From NCBI GenBank assembly GCA_963675295.2, contig CAXXKJ010000002.1, positions 3,552,001 through 3,616,000 on the forward strand: a stretch of DNA of 64,000 nucleotides. The letters run 5' to 3'. The position numbers were made by a program, and so were the translations under genes. Source of the stretch: a bacterium. GTDB taxonomy: Bacteria; Electryoneota; Electryoneia; Electryoneales; Electryoneaceae. Below the pieces are notes generated by a model. It was not told where the DNA came from. It searched no databases and saw only the letters and a list, made by a program, of their open reading frames with translations. Below, piece by piece: positions 30,678 through 39,611 of this stretch (position 1 is the stretch's first letter; the number at the start of each line of letters is the position of its first letter).

Positions 30678-31580
30678 ATGACAGGCACAAATCCTGATCC
30701 CCAGGTACAAGAGAACATCGATATCAACCCGGCGTGCGAGGTGTCGTTAAACACGCTCGCCGATTTGTTCACCCGCAGTTATACGAACTATTTCGTGCCG
30801 ATCGAAATGGACGCCAGCAGCCTGTCGTGGTTGCTGTCGACGCAGACCATCGACCTCGCGTCCAGCGTGGTGCTGGATGTGGACGGCGTGCTCGCCGGGT
30901 TCACCTTCATCTCGGTGCGCGGGCTGAGCCAGCGTGTCGCGGCGATGGGCGTGCTGCCCGAATTTCGCGGCCGCGGCTTCGGACAGAAGATGCTGAAGCA
31001 ATGCATCGAAAACGCGCGTGAGGTGGGTGTTCACAAGATCGTGCTCGAGGTGATTGACCAGAACGCGCACGCGTTGGCGATCTATCGTCAGCTTGGGTTT
31101 GAGGTCCGGCGGCAGTTGGTTGGTTATCAGCACGCTCCGGCGACGGCTGACCGCAGCTTCGACGATGAGCTGCACGAAATCGACCCGCGCGAAGTGGCGA
31201 AAGCGGCGGTGCATGAGGGAGTTGGCAAGTTGCCGTGGCAGATTTCGGCGGAAAGCTGGTATGCCACACGTCCCCCGAGCCGCGCGTACACGTTGGAACG
31301 GTCGGTTTACGCGATTGTCAGCCAGGTTACGGAAACGTCCGCTCGCCTGAATGCGATACTTGTGCCTCGCACGAAACGCCGGAAGGGTTGGGGCCGTCGT
31401 ATGCTTAGCGCGCTGTACCGCGAGTATCCGAATCGCGAGTGGTTGATTCCGGCGGTGATTCCGGAAGATGTCGGCAGCGATTTCTTCCTCGCGAACGGGT
31501 TCCAGCGCCACGAGATCCGCCAATACGAAATGGTGCTCCGGCTGGATGAAGCCAGTACACGATACCCCTACGAAGCCTGA
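30678..31580 (+). CDS. GNAT-family acetyltransferase (tandem GNAT domains)
   Basis: MGVLPEFRGRGFG, LEVI.QN..A..IY..LGF and a second RRKGWG motif; start codon uncertain (30636 or 30678). Confidence 0.85.
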   Translation: MTGTNPDPQVQENIDINPACEVSLNTLADLFTRSYTNYFVPIEMDASSLSWLLSTQTIDLASSVVLDVDGVLAGFTFISVRGLSQRVAAMGVLPEFRGRGFGQKMLKQCIENAREVGVHKIVLEVIDQNAHALAIYRQLGFEVRRQLVGYQHAPATADRSFDDELHEIDPREVAKAAVHEGVGKLPWQISAESWYATRPPSRAYTLERSVYAIVSQVTETSARLNAILVPRTKRRKGWGRRMLSALYREYPNREWLIPAVIPEDVGSDFFLANGFQRHEIRQYEMVLRLDEASTRYPYEA

Positions 31581-32277
31581 CGGCACGTTGCCGTTGTTAC
31601 GAGTCCGCAACCTCGTCCGTCGCTACTCCAGTGGCGCGAACGAGGTTGTTGCGCTCAGTGAGCTCACGGTCGATCTGCATCGCGGCCACAGTCTGGCACT
31701 GGTCGGACGGTCCGGTTCGGGCAAATCCACGTTGCTAAACCTGCTCGCAGGGTTGGACCGTCCCAGCTCCGGTTCGATTGAAGTCAATGGACGCGACCTC
31801 GCCAGTCTCAACCGTAAGGAGCTGGCGGCGTACCGGGCGTCCGAGGTCGGGATCATTTTCCAGGCGTTTCAGCTGATTCCGCACCGGACGGCGTTGCAGA
31901 ATGTCGAACTCGGGCTGGCGTTTCTCGGCAACGGCCGTTCGGAACGAACCGACCGTGCGAAAGCGGTGCTGGACCGTGTCGGCCTCGGCGACCGCATCCA
32001 CCACAAGCCGGACGCCCTGTCCGGCGGCGAAAAGCAGCGTGTCGCGATTGCGCGGGCGCTGGTGAAAAATCCCACCTTGCTGCTCGCGGACGAACCCACC
32101 GGCAACCTCGACCGTGAGAACACGGCGGAAGTCGAGCGGCTGCTGGCCGACACCCGTGACGCCGGCATATCGTTGATCCTCGTCACGCACGACCTCGAAC
32201 TCGCGGAATCGTTGTGCGAAACCATCCTCGAACTTGAATACGGCCGTGTGGTGCAACGGCGGGAGGCGGTTCGATGA
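31546..32277 (+). CDS. ABC transporter ATP-binding protein (LolD/MacB type)
   Basis: GRSGSGKST, LSGGEKQRVAIARAL, LLADEPTGNLD and VTHD. Confidence 0.93.
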   Translation: MKPVHDTPTKPDGTLPLLRVRNLVRRYSSGANEVVALSELTVDLHRGHSLALVGRSGSGKSTLLNLLAGLDRPSSGSIEVNGRDLASLNRKELAAYRASEVGIIFQAFQLIPHRTALQNVELGLAFLGNGRSERTDRAKAVLDRVGLGDRIHHKPDALSGGEKQRVAIARALVKNPTLLLADEPTGNLDRENTAEVERLLADTRDAGISLILVTHDLELAESLCETILELEYGRVVQRREAVR

Positions 32278-33722
32278 GTTTTGGTGAACTGTTCCGTGAT
32301 GCGTTGCACACCCTGTGGCGGCAGAAGCTGCGGTCCTCGTTGACCATTGGCGGTGTGTTGGTGGCGATTGCCGCGCTGGTGGCGTTGCTGTCGTTTGCGG
32401 GCGGGATGAGCAAGAATGTGCGCGACCAGGTCGAAAAATTCAGCTTGTTGCAGACGATGGCCGTCTCCCCCGCCGCCTCGGACAGCACACAGGCGGAGCT
32501 GGATTCGACGGCGCTGGCGTGGATGACGACGTTGCCGGGTGTGTTGCAGGCATACCCGCAGGCGCCATTCCCGGTGCACGTCGTGCTGGGCGATGACACG
32601 ACCACATGCGACGCGCAGGCGATTCCGCCGAACTCACGCGGGTCGTTGCTGTTCTCGCAGATGAAGGCGGGGGACGTATTCGCGCCAGAGGATACGAACC
32701 ACGTGCTGATCACCACCAGCCTGCTCGACCGGTTCGACATCGAGGATGCTGACTCGTTGATCGGGAAAGAACTACTCGTGTACAGTCAGCACGGCCATCC
32801 GGACAGCGGCTATGCGGCGGTGCGGGATACGTTCATGACCAGCCTCTCCGGCCGGGGCATCACCGGGATCGCAGAGATGCTGCGCGGGGGACGGATGGAC
32901 AGCCTGTCTGCGATGATGTTCGGACAGTTCGTCAGCGCGTTTTTCGATGGCTACATGAACCGTGTCAGCATCGTGCGGGATACTCTGATCGTGTCCGGCG
33001 TTGTGGACGGTGGCGAGGGTTGGACAGACCGTCTGCGGCCGGTTGTGCTGCCGGAAGTGTCGGCTCGGCGGCTGAATCCGGGTTCGTTCACCCAGGACCC
33101 GCTGAGCCTGATCGGGTCGATGCAGAGCGGGGAGGCGTTCAACCCGGCGTCGATGCTGATGGAAACTGATACGGCGGACCGGGTCACGCTGGAGCTGGAC
33201 GCCACCGCCGACCACGAAGCGCTCGCGGATACGTTACGCGCGCACGGCTATTACGTGCAGGATTTCGCCGAATTTTACGCGGAATTCAGGAAGATGGTGG
33301 TGCTGTTCACCGCCGGAATGTCGTTACTCGGCTTCATCGCGATGTTCATCGCCTCGCTGGGGATCGTGAACACGATGGTGATGTCGATTCTCGAACGGCG
33401 GCGTGAGATCGGCGTGCTCAAGGCGCTGGGCGCACAAGACAAGGACATCCGCATCCTGTTCCTCGTCGAAAGCGGGACCATCGGTTTTGTCGGGTCGCTG
33501 CTCGGACTACTGGTCGGTTGGATCGGTGTTGAAATCGTCGGCTTCGCGATGCAGGAATACCTGCGACGGCAGGGAGTCGGCGACGTCGAGCTGTTCTACC
33601 TCGGCCCGGAAACGGTGCTGATCGCAATCGGTTTCGGGATTGTTGTCGCGACGGTCGCGGGGTTGTATCCAGCCTCGCGCGCGGCCGGGTTGGATCCGGT
33701 GGTTGCCCTCCGGGAGGAATAA
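32274..33722 (+). CDS. ABC transporter permease (MacB/FtsX family)
   Basis: KLRSSLT.GGV.VAI, GIVNTMVMSILERRREIGVLKALGA and YPASRAA.LDPV.ALR.E. Confidence 0.93.
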   Translation: MSFGELFRDALHTLWRQKLRSSLTIGGVLVAIAALVALLSFAGGMSKNVRDQVEKFSLLQTMAVSPAASDSTQAELDSTALAWMTTLPGVLQAYPQAPFPVHVVLGDDTTTCDAQAIPPNSRGSLLFSQMKAGDVFAPEDTNHVLITTSLLDRFDIEDADSLIGKELLVYSQHGHPDSGYAAVRDTFMTSLSGRGITGIAEMLRGGRMDSLSAMMFGQFVSAFFDGYMNRVSIVRDTLIVSGVVDGGEGWTDRLRPVVLPEVSARRLNPGSFTQDPLSLIGSMQSGEAFNPASMLMETDTADRVTLELDATADHEALADTLRAHGYYVQDFAEFYAEFRKMVVLFTAGMSLLGFIAMFIASLGIVNTMVMSILERRREIGVLKALGAQDKDIRILFLVESGTIGFVGSLLGLLVGWIGVEIVGFAMQEYLRRQGVGDVELFYLGPETVLIAIGFGIVVATVAGLYPASRAAGLDPVVALREE

Positions 33723-33815
33723 GTCAACGAGTCGTGTTTCCCGTTTGGACCGACCTGTCCTCCGCCCTATCTTCTGAACATCTATTCAGTCGGCCACTCG
33801 AGTTGTGAGGGACAT

Positions 33816-34301
33816 ATGGAGCAGATGCATCGCTGCGTGATCAGCAGCCCGGCGGGACCGTTACGGATCGCTGTTGACGACGGCGGCGTGTTGTGCGAAT
33901 TGTTTTTCGGGTCGGAAACGGACACGGTGAACGGCGACCCGGTGCCGGAGAAATGCCGGCCGGTGGTGGACCAGCTGGGCGAGTATTTCGCCGGAAAACG
34001 GACGGAGTTTGATCTGCGGGTCCGTCCCAAGGGCACGGAGTTCCGCAAGAAGGTGTGGCAGGCGTTGACCGAGATTCCATACGGGGAAACGTGGACCTAC
34101 GGCAAGCTGGCGAAACATGTCGGCTCGCCAGATGCGGCACGTGCGGCAGGGTCAGCCTGCGGCGCGAACCCGATCTCGATTGTGATCCCGTGCCACCGTG
34201 TGGTCGGCTCGAACGGATCGTTGACCGGCTTCGGCGGCGGGATCGAGACGAAGAAGCGGCTGCTGGCGTTGGAATCCGACCAGGTGGCGATGACGCTTTA
34301 A
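33816..34301 (+). CDS. ogt: Methylated-DNA--protein-cysteine methyltransferase
   Basis: GT.F...VW..L..IPYGET.TYG, ARAAG and active-site IPCHRV. Confidence 0.93.
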   Translation: MEQMHRCVISSPAGPLRIAVDDGGVLCELFFGSETDTVNGDPVPEKCRPVVDQLGEYFAGKRTEFDLRVRPKGTEFRKKVWQALTEIPYGETWTYGKLAKHVGSPDAARAAGSACGANPISIVIPCHRVVGSNGSLTGFGGGIETKKRLLALESDQVAMTL

Positions 34302-34305
34302 GGAC

Positions 34306-34354
34306 GGGCTCGGGGCTCGGGGCTCGGGGCTCGGGGCTCGGGGCTCGGGGCTCG
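34306..34354. repeat. 7-bp tandem repeat (GGGGCTC) x7
   Basis: Read directly, immediately after the ogt stop codon. Confidence 0.95.
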
Positions 34355-34641
34355 AAAGATAAAGCATGCCCTGGACTCTCATGTCTGGGGTTATCCGACA
34401 GGATCATTACGTGGCGTCAATGGTGCCTGATGGCTCTGCCAGCAAGGATCATCCGACGTCGGGGGCACACGCGGATTTGTCTTGAACATGGAATCCGCTA
34501 CTCGCCCCGTGAACTCTTCTGCGGGCGTTTCCCCACCTCCTGCATCCGCACCTTGCCACATTTCGGGCAGATCCACTTACGCTGCTTGTGGAAGGATCGC
34601 TTTTCCTCCCGCATTTTGACTCGGCACTTCGGGCAATGCAT

Positions 34642-35070
34642 CTACGCGTTCCCGAGTTGAGCAGCGACCTGCTGTTTCATCGTCAGCAGGATGTTGCCGA
34701 TGGCGTTGGCACGTGTCGGGATGACGCTTTCCGCGAGGTTGGTGCGCTGGAGGAAGTCGGCGACAATCGGTTCGGCGTCCGTGATGAACGTCTCAGCGTT
34801 CCACCCGTCAAACGCCGCGAACAACGCCTGCACGTAGCCGCGAGTGATGAACGCGTCCGACGAACCGCGGAAATGGATCTTCCCGTCCTCGTCGATGCTG
34901 GCGGCGATGTGCACATTAGAGACACAGCCCTGTACGCGGTTCGCCTCGGTGCGTTGTTCGGGCGGGAGTTCATTCAGCTCCTTGCCCAACGCGACCATCA
35001 GCTCGAGCACCTCGCGACGGTCCGGGATCGCCTCGATGTCTTCCGCCAGTTCCTTCAGGTAGTCACTCAT
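34642..35070 (-). CDS. sufE: SufE-family Fe-S assembly sulfur acceptor
   Basis: NRVQGCVSNV, F.GSSDAFIT.G and PTRANA. Confidence 0.88.
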   Translation of the reverse strand: MSDYLKELAEDIEAIPDRREVLELMVALGKELNELPPEQRTEANRVQGCVSNVHIAASIDEDGKIHFRGSSDAFITRGYVQALFAAFDGWNAETFITDAEPIVADFLQRTNLAESVIPTRANAIGNILLTMKQQVAAQLGNA

Positions 35071-35147
35071 ATCCGATGAAGTCCTTCAAGTCGTTGTGCT
35101 GGTACGTGCCAGTGTCCGCTTGCGAACTTGGGCACAACTGCTTCCTT

Positions 35148-35377
35148 ACGTCCGCGTCTGCAAGCAGACACGGGCACATACAACATCCTGCTTCCTCACG
35201 TCCGCGTCCGCAAGCGGACACGGGCACATACAACATCCTGCTTCCTCACGTCCGCGTCTGCAAGTAGACACGGGCACATACAACGTCCTGCTTCCTCACG
35301 TCCGCGTCTGCAAGCAGACACGGGCACTTACAACATCCTGCTTCCTCACGTCCGCGTCCGCAAGCAGACACGGGCAC
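35148..35377. repeat. Tandem array of about 4.6 x 50-bp units, each containing a family-B REP-like hairpin
   Basis: Units start at 35148, 35198, 35248, 35298 and 35348: ACGTCCGCGTCYGCAAGYRGACACGGGCAC-ATACAACATCCTGCTTCCTC. Confidence 0.92.
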
Positions 35378-35512
35378 TTCTGTTCTCGATTCTCCGTCGA
35401 AGATAACTGGGATGCAGGAGGAGACAAAACCGCCCAGCGATTCGGGAATCACCAGGCGGAGAATTTTGTGTCTGGATGCCGAAGCCGGCATCATGCGGAC
35501 GAACATAGCGGG

Positions 35513-38500
35513 TTATTTCAGGAACGTCACCCGTTGTGTCGCGATCAGCTGGTTGTCGGCGTGCATCTGGATGAAGTACGCGCCGGACGAGTGCCCGGTC
35601 ATGTCGAAGCTGACCGGCTTGTAGCCGGCGGCGACGGGACGCCAGCTGGCACGCGCGACCTCACGGCCGAGGATGTTATGCACGGTCAGTTGCACGTTCG
35701 CGCCGGGTTTCGGGGACGCCATCACCACGGTCAGCACCTGGTTGAACGGGTTCGGGTAGCTGCGTGCGATGGCAAACTCGGTCGGCACGCCGCTATCCCA
35801 CTCGGCGACATAGGAGTAGTTGTTGTACACGCTCCACGTCTGCGTCGAGAGGGTCGTCATCTGGGTCGCGTCCTCGGCAACCACCCGCCACCACCAGTCA
35901 CCCACATTCAATAGACCGGCCTGGATACCGGCGGTCGTGTCCTCGCCGGCGTCAAACTCCATCGGGTCGGTGAAGTTCAGATCCTGCGCGAATTCGACGG
36001 TGTAGGTCACCGGCCCGGCGAGATCCGGGTCTTCACTCGGCTGCCAGGTCACGTAGAACAGCGGTGCTTCGATGACGGTTCCGCTATCCGGCGAGACCAG
36101 CGCGAACGGTGTCGGCGGATCGTCAATATGAACAGTGAAATGGAAGCCGGACTGGTTCGCCCAACGTCCATCACTGTTGGTATCGACCGCGCGCACATTC
36201 CACCAGACCTCGTCGTTGTCGGCAAGGCCGATGTCGAGGCCGAATGCGGTGGTGTCAACGGCTGCCGCCGAATCGCTGCTGGCCCAGTTGTCACGGGACC
36301 AGTAGACGGTGTAGCTGACCGCGTCGAACAGGTCGGTATCGACTGCTTCCGACCATTCGAGTGTCGGCTGGGTGTACGGTGTCAGGCCGTCGTTTTCCGG
36401 GCTGGTCAGCTCGAAGTCCGCTGGCTGATCCATGTGCGTGACGAAGAGGTTTTGGACGCCGTTGTGCATCCACGTCGTGTCGCCACCCGCCAATGCGCGG
36501 ACGGTCCATTTCCACGGGACGTCGTCCTCGTCCCCGCTCGGCAGCACGAAACTGGTCTCGCTGATCCCGGCGGCGTAGATGTCGAAATCGTCCGGATCGG
36601 TGAGCACCGGGTTGGTTGTCGCGAGGACGTCGTAGCTGACCTCCTCACCGGTATCGGCGTCGGTGGAAACGGTCCAGCTCAATGTGACGTCGCGCTGATC
36701 GTAGACGACCGTCTCATGCGCCGGCGCGATGGCGTCAAAGCCGCTCGGCAGGTTTGGCGCATCGACGGTGAACGTGTTCATCGACGTCGACGCCGCGCGG
36801 TTGCCGGTCGCGTCCACGACCTCAACGTACCACAGTATCTGGGCGTTGTCGGGGACGTCGTCGATAACCGGAATCTCGTTCACCGGCGCGGCCTCGAGAC
36901 GGGTCGCGGTACGGCTGGCGGCGACGCCGGATTCAGCACGCGATCCATCACGGGCCGACATCGCGGTACCGGTGGATTTCTTGCCACGGATGGCGCGTGT
37001 GTTCACGGCGACCAGTTCATTCCCGATCACGGCGGGCGGTGCCGGGGTGGTATCCACCGAGCGGCGTTCGTTCTGCCGCTGTGCCTCAGTGACGAGCCAC
37101 TTGCGGAAACGACCGGCGCCGTCAAAATCGAGATCCTCGCCGGTCATATCAAACACGGTGTCCGGGATCGCGAAGATGGTGTCGCTTGTCGTGCCGCCGT
37201 CCGGCGACCAGATCAGGTCGTACCGCAGGGTGTCGTTGATGTCCGGATCGTACGATCCGCGCCAGCGGAACACCGGCTCGAGCGTGGACACGGTAGCCTC
37301 ATCCGCCGGATCGAGCAGCACGAACGGTTGCGGCAGGTCCGGGCGTTCGGCGACAGCAGACTGGATCGCGGAATAGCGCTGCGTGCCATCGGTCGCGACC
37401 GCGCGAACCACCCAGTAGTAGGTATCCCCGATCTCGATGTCGGTGTACACCGGCGTGTTGTCGATGTGAGGTTGCCCGCCGTCAAACGGATCGACGGTGT
37501 CAGTTCCAGCCGGTTTCTTGCGATCCGAGTCGGACCGGGAGTCGTCCAGGGCGAGGAGGCCGTCACTTTGGATCGTGTTGCGAGTACGGCGACTTATGTC
37601 ACCGGCGAAGGATTCAACCGATTGCTCGGAAACACCCTTTGCGTTGCGCTGGGATGCACCGGTGTTATCCGTCACAGGTGTGCGAGTCCGGTTCAACGCG
37701 ATCAGGTCTCTTCCGCCAACGGCTTGCGGCGTTGATCCGTCCTGGTAGTAGAGCATCACACCGGGTTCGGTCAGGCCGTCCACCGAATCGGGATCGCTGA
37801 ACTCCTCGGTGTCGGACCAGTAGAAGGTGTAGGTAACGTCGAGTTGCTGTGGATGGATGGACTCCTGCCACGTGGTCACGCCCTCTTCCCAGGCCGTGCC
37901 GCCGTTGATTGGGGCAATCGGTTGGAACGCGGACGGACGCAATTCCGGCGAAATCACGGTCACCGGGATGACGGTTGTGGTGTAGAGGTCACCGTCAAAC
38001 ACCAGCACCTCAAACGTGTGATCGCCGACCGCATCCCACGGCACAGCCCAGCGCACGAGGACGTTGTTCTCGTCCTCGTCATCAATCAGGACGCTTTGCG
38101 GTCCACCGGGCAGGTCGAGCGCGGGCACGGACACCGTGCCTGGCTCGTCATCGCTGATCTGCACTGTCAGGGTCAGGGTTTCGCCCGCGGCAACGGTCGG
38201 TTCGGGCGGTGAAACAAACACGTTCGGCGAACCGTTTCCGATATAGCCGGCCATGCGGCGCGGGAACTCGACGACAGTCTGCGCGGAATGGGCAAAGTCC
38301 GGCATTGGGAAGACGACGGAGTTGACGTAGCGCGTGCCGAGTTCGAGATCCATGTCCTCGAAAACACGCACGTAGTACTGGCCGTCCTCGGGCAGCGGAT
38401 CCTGCACCAGATCAAACGTGACGAACACGGTAAACACGCCGGGCGGATTCCAGTATTGCGTCGGCGCGGTCTGCGTCGCGAACAGCACCAGTTCGTCATC

Positions 38501-38740
38501 ATCGCCGGGCTGGCCGATTTGCGGTCCGCTCTCGATGACCGGGTCGGGGCCATCCCCCTCAGCGTCATACACGATGTGAACGCGGAAGGTGCCGGTCAGT
38601 GGCGAGCCGGACGGATCGTGAATCACCGTGCCGCCGCCGTTGGGGTCGAGGTTGCTGAAGGTCCACGGTCGCGGTTCAGCGTTGGCCGTCGCCGCGATGA
38701 TCAGCAGACAGAGCGTCAACAGGAGCAGGGTGCGTTTCAT
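35513..38740 (-). CDS. Large secreted protein with repeated FN3/Ig-like domains and T9SS-type-A-like CTD
   Basis: Repeated P..F.L..P....W..S.D.D....Y...W.V.A.D units; SYPNPFN...QRVTFLK. Confidence 0.87.
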   Translation of the reverse strand: MKRTLLLLTLCLLIIAATANAEPRPWTFSNLDPNGGGTVIHDPSGSPLTGTFRVHIVYDAEGDGPDPVIESGPQIGQPGDDDELVLFATQTAPTQYWNPPGVFTVFVTFDLVQDPLPEDGQYYVRVFEDMDLELGTRYVNSVVFPMPDFAHSAQTVVEFPRRMAGYIGNGSPNVFVSPPEPTVAAGETLTLTVQISDDEPGTVSVPALDLPGGPQSVLIDDEDENNVLVRWAVPWDAVGDHTFEVLVFDGDLYTTTVIPVTVISPELRPSAFQPIAPINGGTAWEEGVTTWQESIHPQQLDVTYTFYWSDTEEFSDPDSVDGLTEPGVMLYYQDGSTPQAVGGRDLIALNRTRTPVTDNTGASQRNAKGVSEQSVESFAGDISRRTRNTIQSDGLLALDDSRSDSDRKKPAGTDTVDPFDGGQPHIDNTPVYTDIEIGDTYYWVVRAVATDGTQRYSAIQSAVAERPDLPQPFVLLDPADEATVSTLEPVFRWRGSYDPDINDTLRYDLIWSPDGGTTSDTIFAIPDTVFDMTGEDLDFDGAGRFRKWLVTEAQRQNERRSVDTTPAPPAVIGNELVAVNTRAIRGKKSTGTAMSARDGSRAESGVAASRTATRLEAAPVNEIPVIDDVPDNAQILWYVEVVDATGNRAASTSMNTFTVDAPNLPSGFDAIAPAHETVVYDQRDVTLSWTVSTDADTGEEVSYDVLATTNPVLTDPDDFDIYAAGISETSFVLPSGDEDDVPWKWTVRALAGGDTTWMHNGVQNLFVTHMDQPADFELTSPENDGLTPYTQPTLEWSEAVDTDLFDAVSYTVYWSRDNWASSDSAAAVDTTAFGLDIGLADNDEVWWNVRAVDTNSDGRWANQSGFHFTVHIDDPPTPFALVSPDSGTVIEAPLFYVTWQPSEDPDLAGPVTYTVEFAQDLNFTDPMEFDAGEDTTAGIQAGLLNVGDWWWRVVAEDATQMTTLSTQTWSVYNNYSYVAEWDSGVPTEFAIARSYPNPFNQVLTVVMASPKPGANVQLTVHNILGREVARASWRPVAAGYKPVSFDMTGHSSGAYFIQMHADNQLIATQRVTFLK

Positions 38741-39588
38741 CGTCCACCTCCCGAGTTACGGGCGGAGGTTCCGGCGGAAGTTGACCATGGAGCGGTGTTG
38801 AAGTCGATCGCCGGTGCCTGCAGCAGGCCACGCATGCCGCTGGGAACTTTTGCCTCGAAGCCGCCGCGCGGCGGTTCCGCGCCGACGATCAATTCGGGAC
38901 GGGTCCAGATGATATCCTGGTCACCGTGCGCAACTTCAAACAGGTAGCCTTTGCCCGGGTGGAAGGTGAATTCGGTTCCCTGCCAGCCTTCGATCGGGTG
39001 CCGCCAGGTGGGTGTCACCAGGCCCCCAGTGTAGGTAAACACACGGTCGGCAAGGGCTGCGTATTGCGCGCTGCGGTAGCCGGAATCATCCAGGCCGGAC
39101 CCGGCTAACGTTACCGGTACCACGGCTGGACAGGCGACCATGTTGACGCCGGGATGGAGCGTGTCAATCACGGTTGCCGCCATGGTCAACGCGCCGCCGA
39201 TCAGCCGCATTTCGACCGGCTGCGAGCCGTCCGGGATGATCAGCCAGTACGAACGTTTGACCTGTAACACGTCCAAGGTGCCAAGCCATGCCGATTCGAT
39301 GCTGCTGTAGTACGATCCGATCACGTCGCCGTTTTCAACGGTTATGATCCGTGTCGCGGTCGCCCACTCTTCCCCGCCGGGAAAACGGTCGGCGAGGATC
39401 CCGGTGACGGTCGCGCCAGCGGGCAGCACGGGGAACGACATCAGGTGCGTTCCCGGCGTGAATTCCGTCTCGATCACACCGGCGGGGTTGGACGGCAGAC
39501 CGAACCCGGCGGCGTGTCCCGCAACCGGCAGTAGTGCCAGCAGCAGCAGGAGCAGCGGAATCGCGATAGGTGTTGTACGAAATCTCAT
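38737..39588 (-). CDS. Secreted hypothetical protein with two internal repeats
   Basis: Signal peptide; PGTHLMSFP and PGVNMVACP repeats; overlaps the downstream gene. Confidence 0.7.
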   Translation of the reverse strand: MRFRTTPIAIPLLLLLLALLPVAGHAAGFGLPSNPAGVIETEFTPGTHLMSFPVLPAGATVTGILADRFPGGEEWATATRIITVENGDVIGSYYSSIESAWLGTLDVLQVKRSYWLIIPDGSQPVEMRLIGGALTMAATVIDTLHPGVNMVACPAVVPVTLAGSGLDDSGYRSAQYAALADRVFTYTGGLVTPTWRHPIEGWQGTEFTFHPGKGYLFEVAHGDQDIIWTRPELIVGAEPPRGGFEAKVPSGMRGLLQAPAIDFNTAPWSTSAGTSARNSGGGR

Positions 39589-39611
39589 GTCCAGTGTGCC
39601 TCGTGACGCGT

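Noticed and set aside
35148-35377. Possible CRISPR array (palindromic ~29-bp unit with regular spacing)
   Set aside because: The 'spacers' are near-identical and only about 21 bp, no cas genes are nearby, and solo copies occur elsewhere, so this is a tandem REP-like repeat
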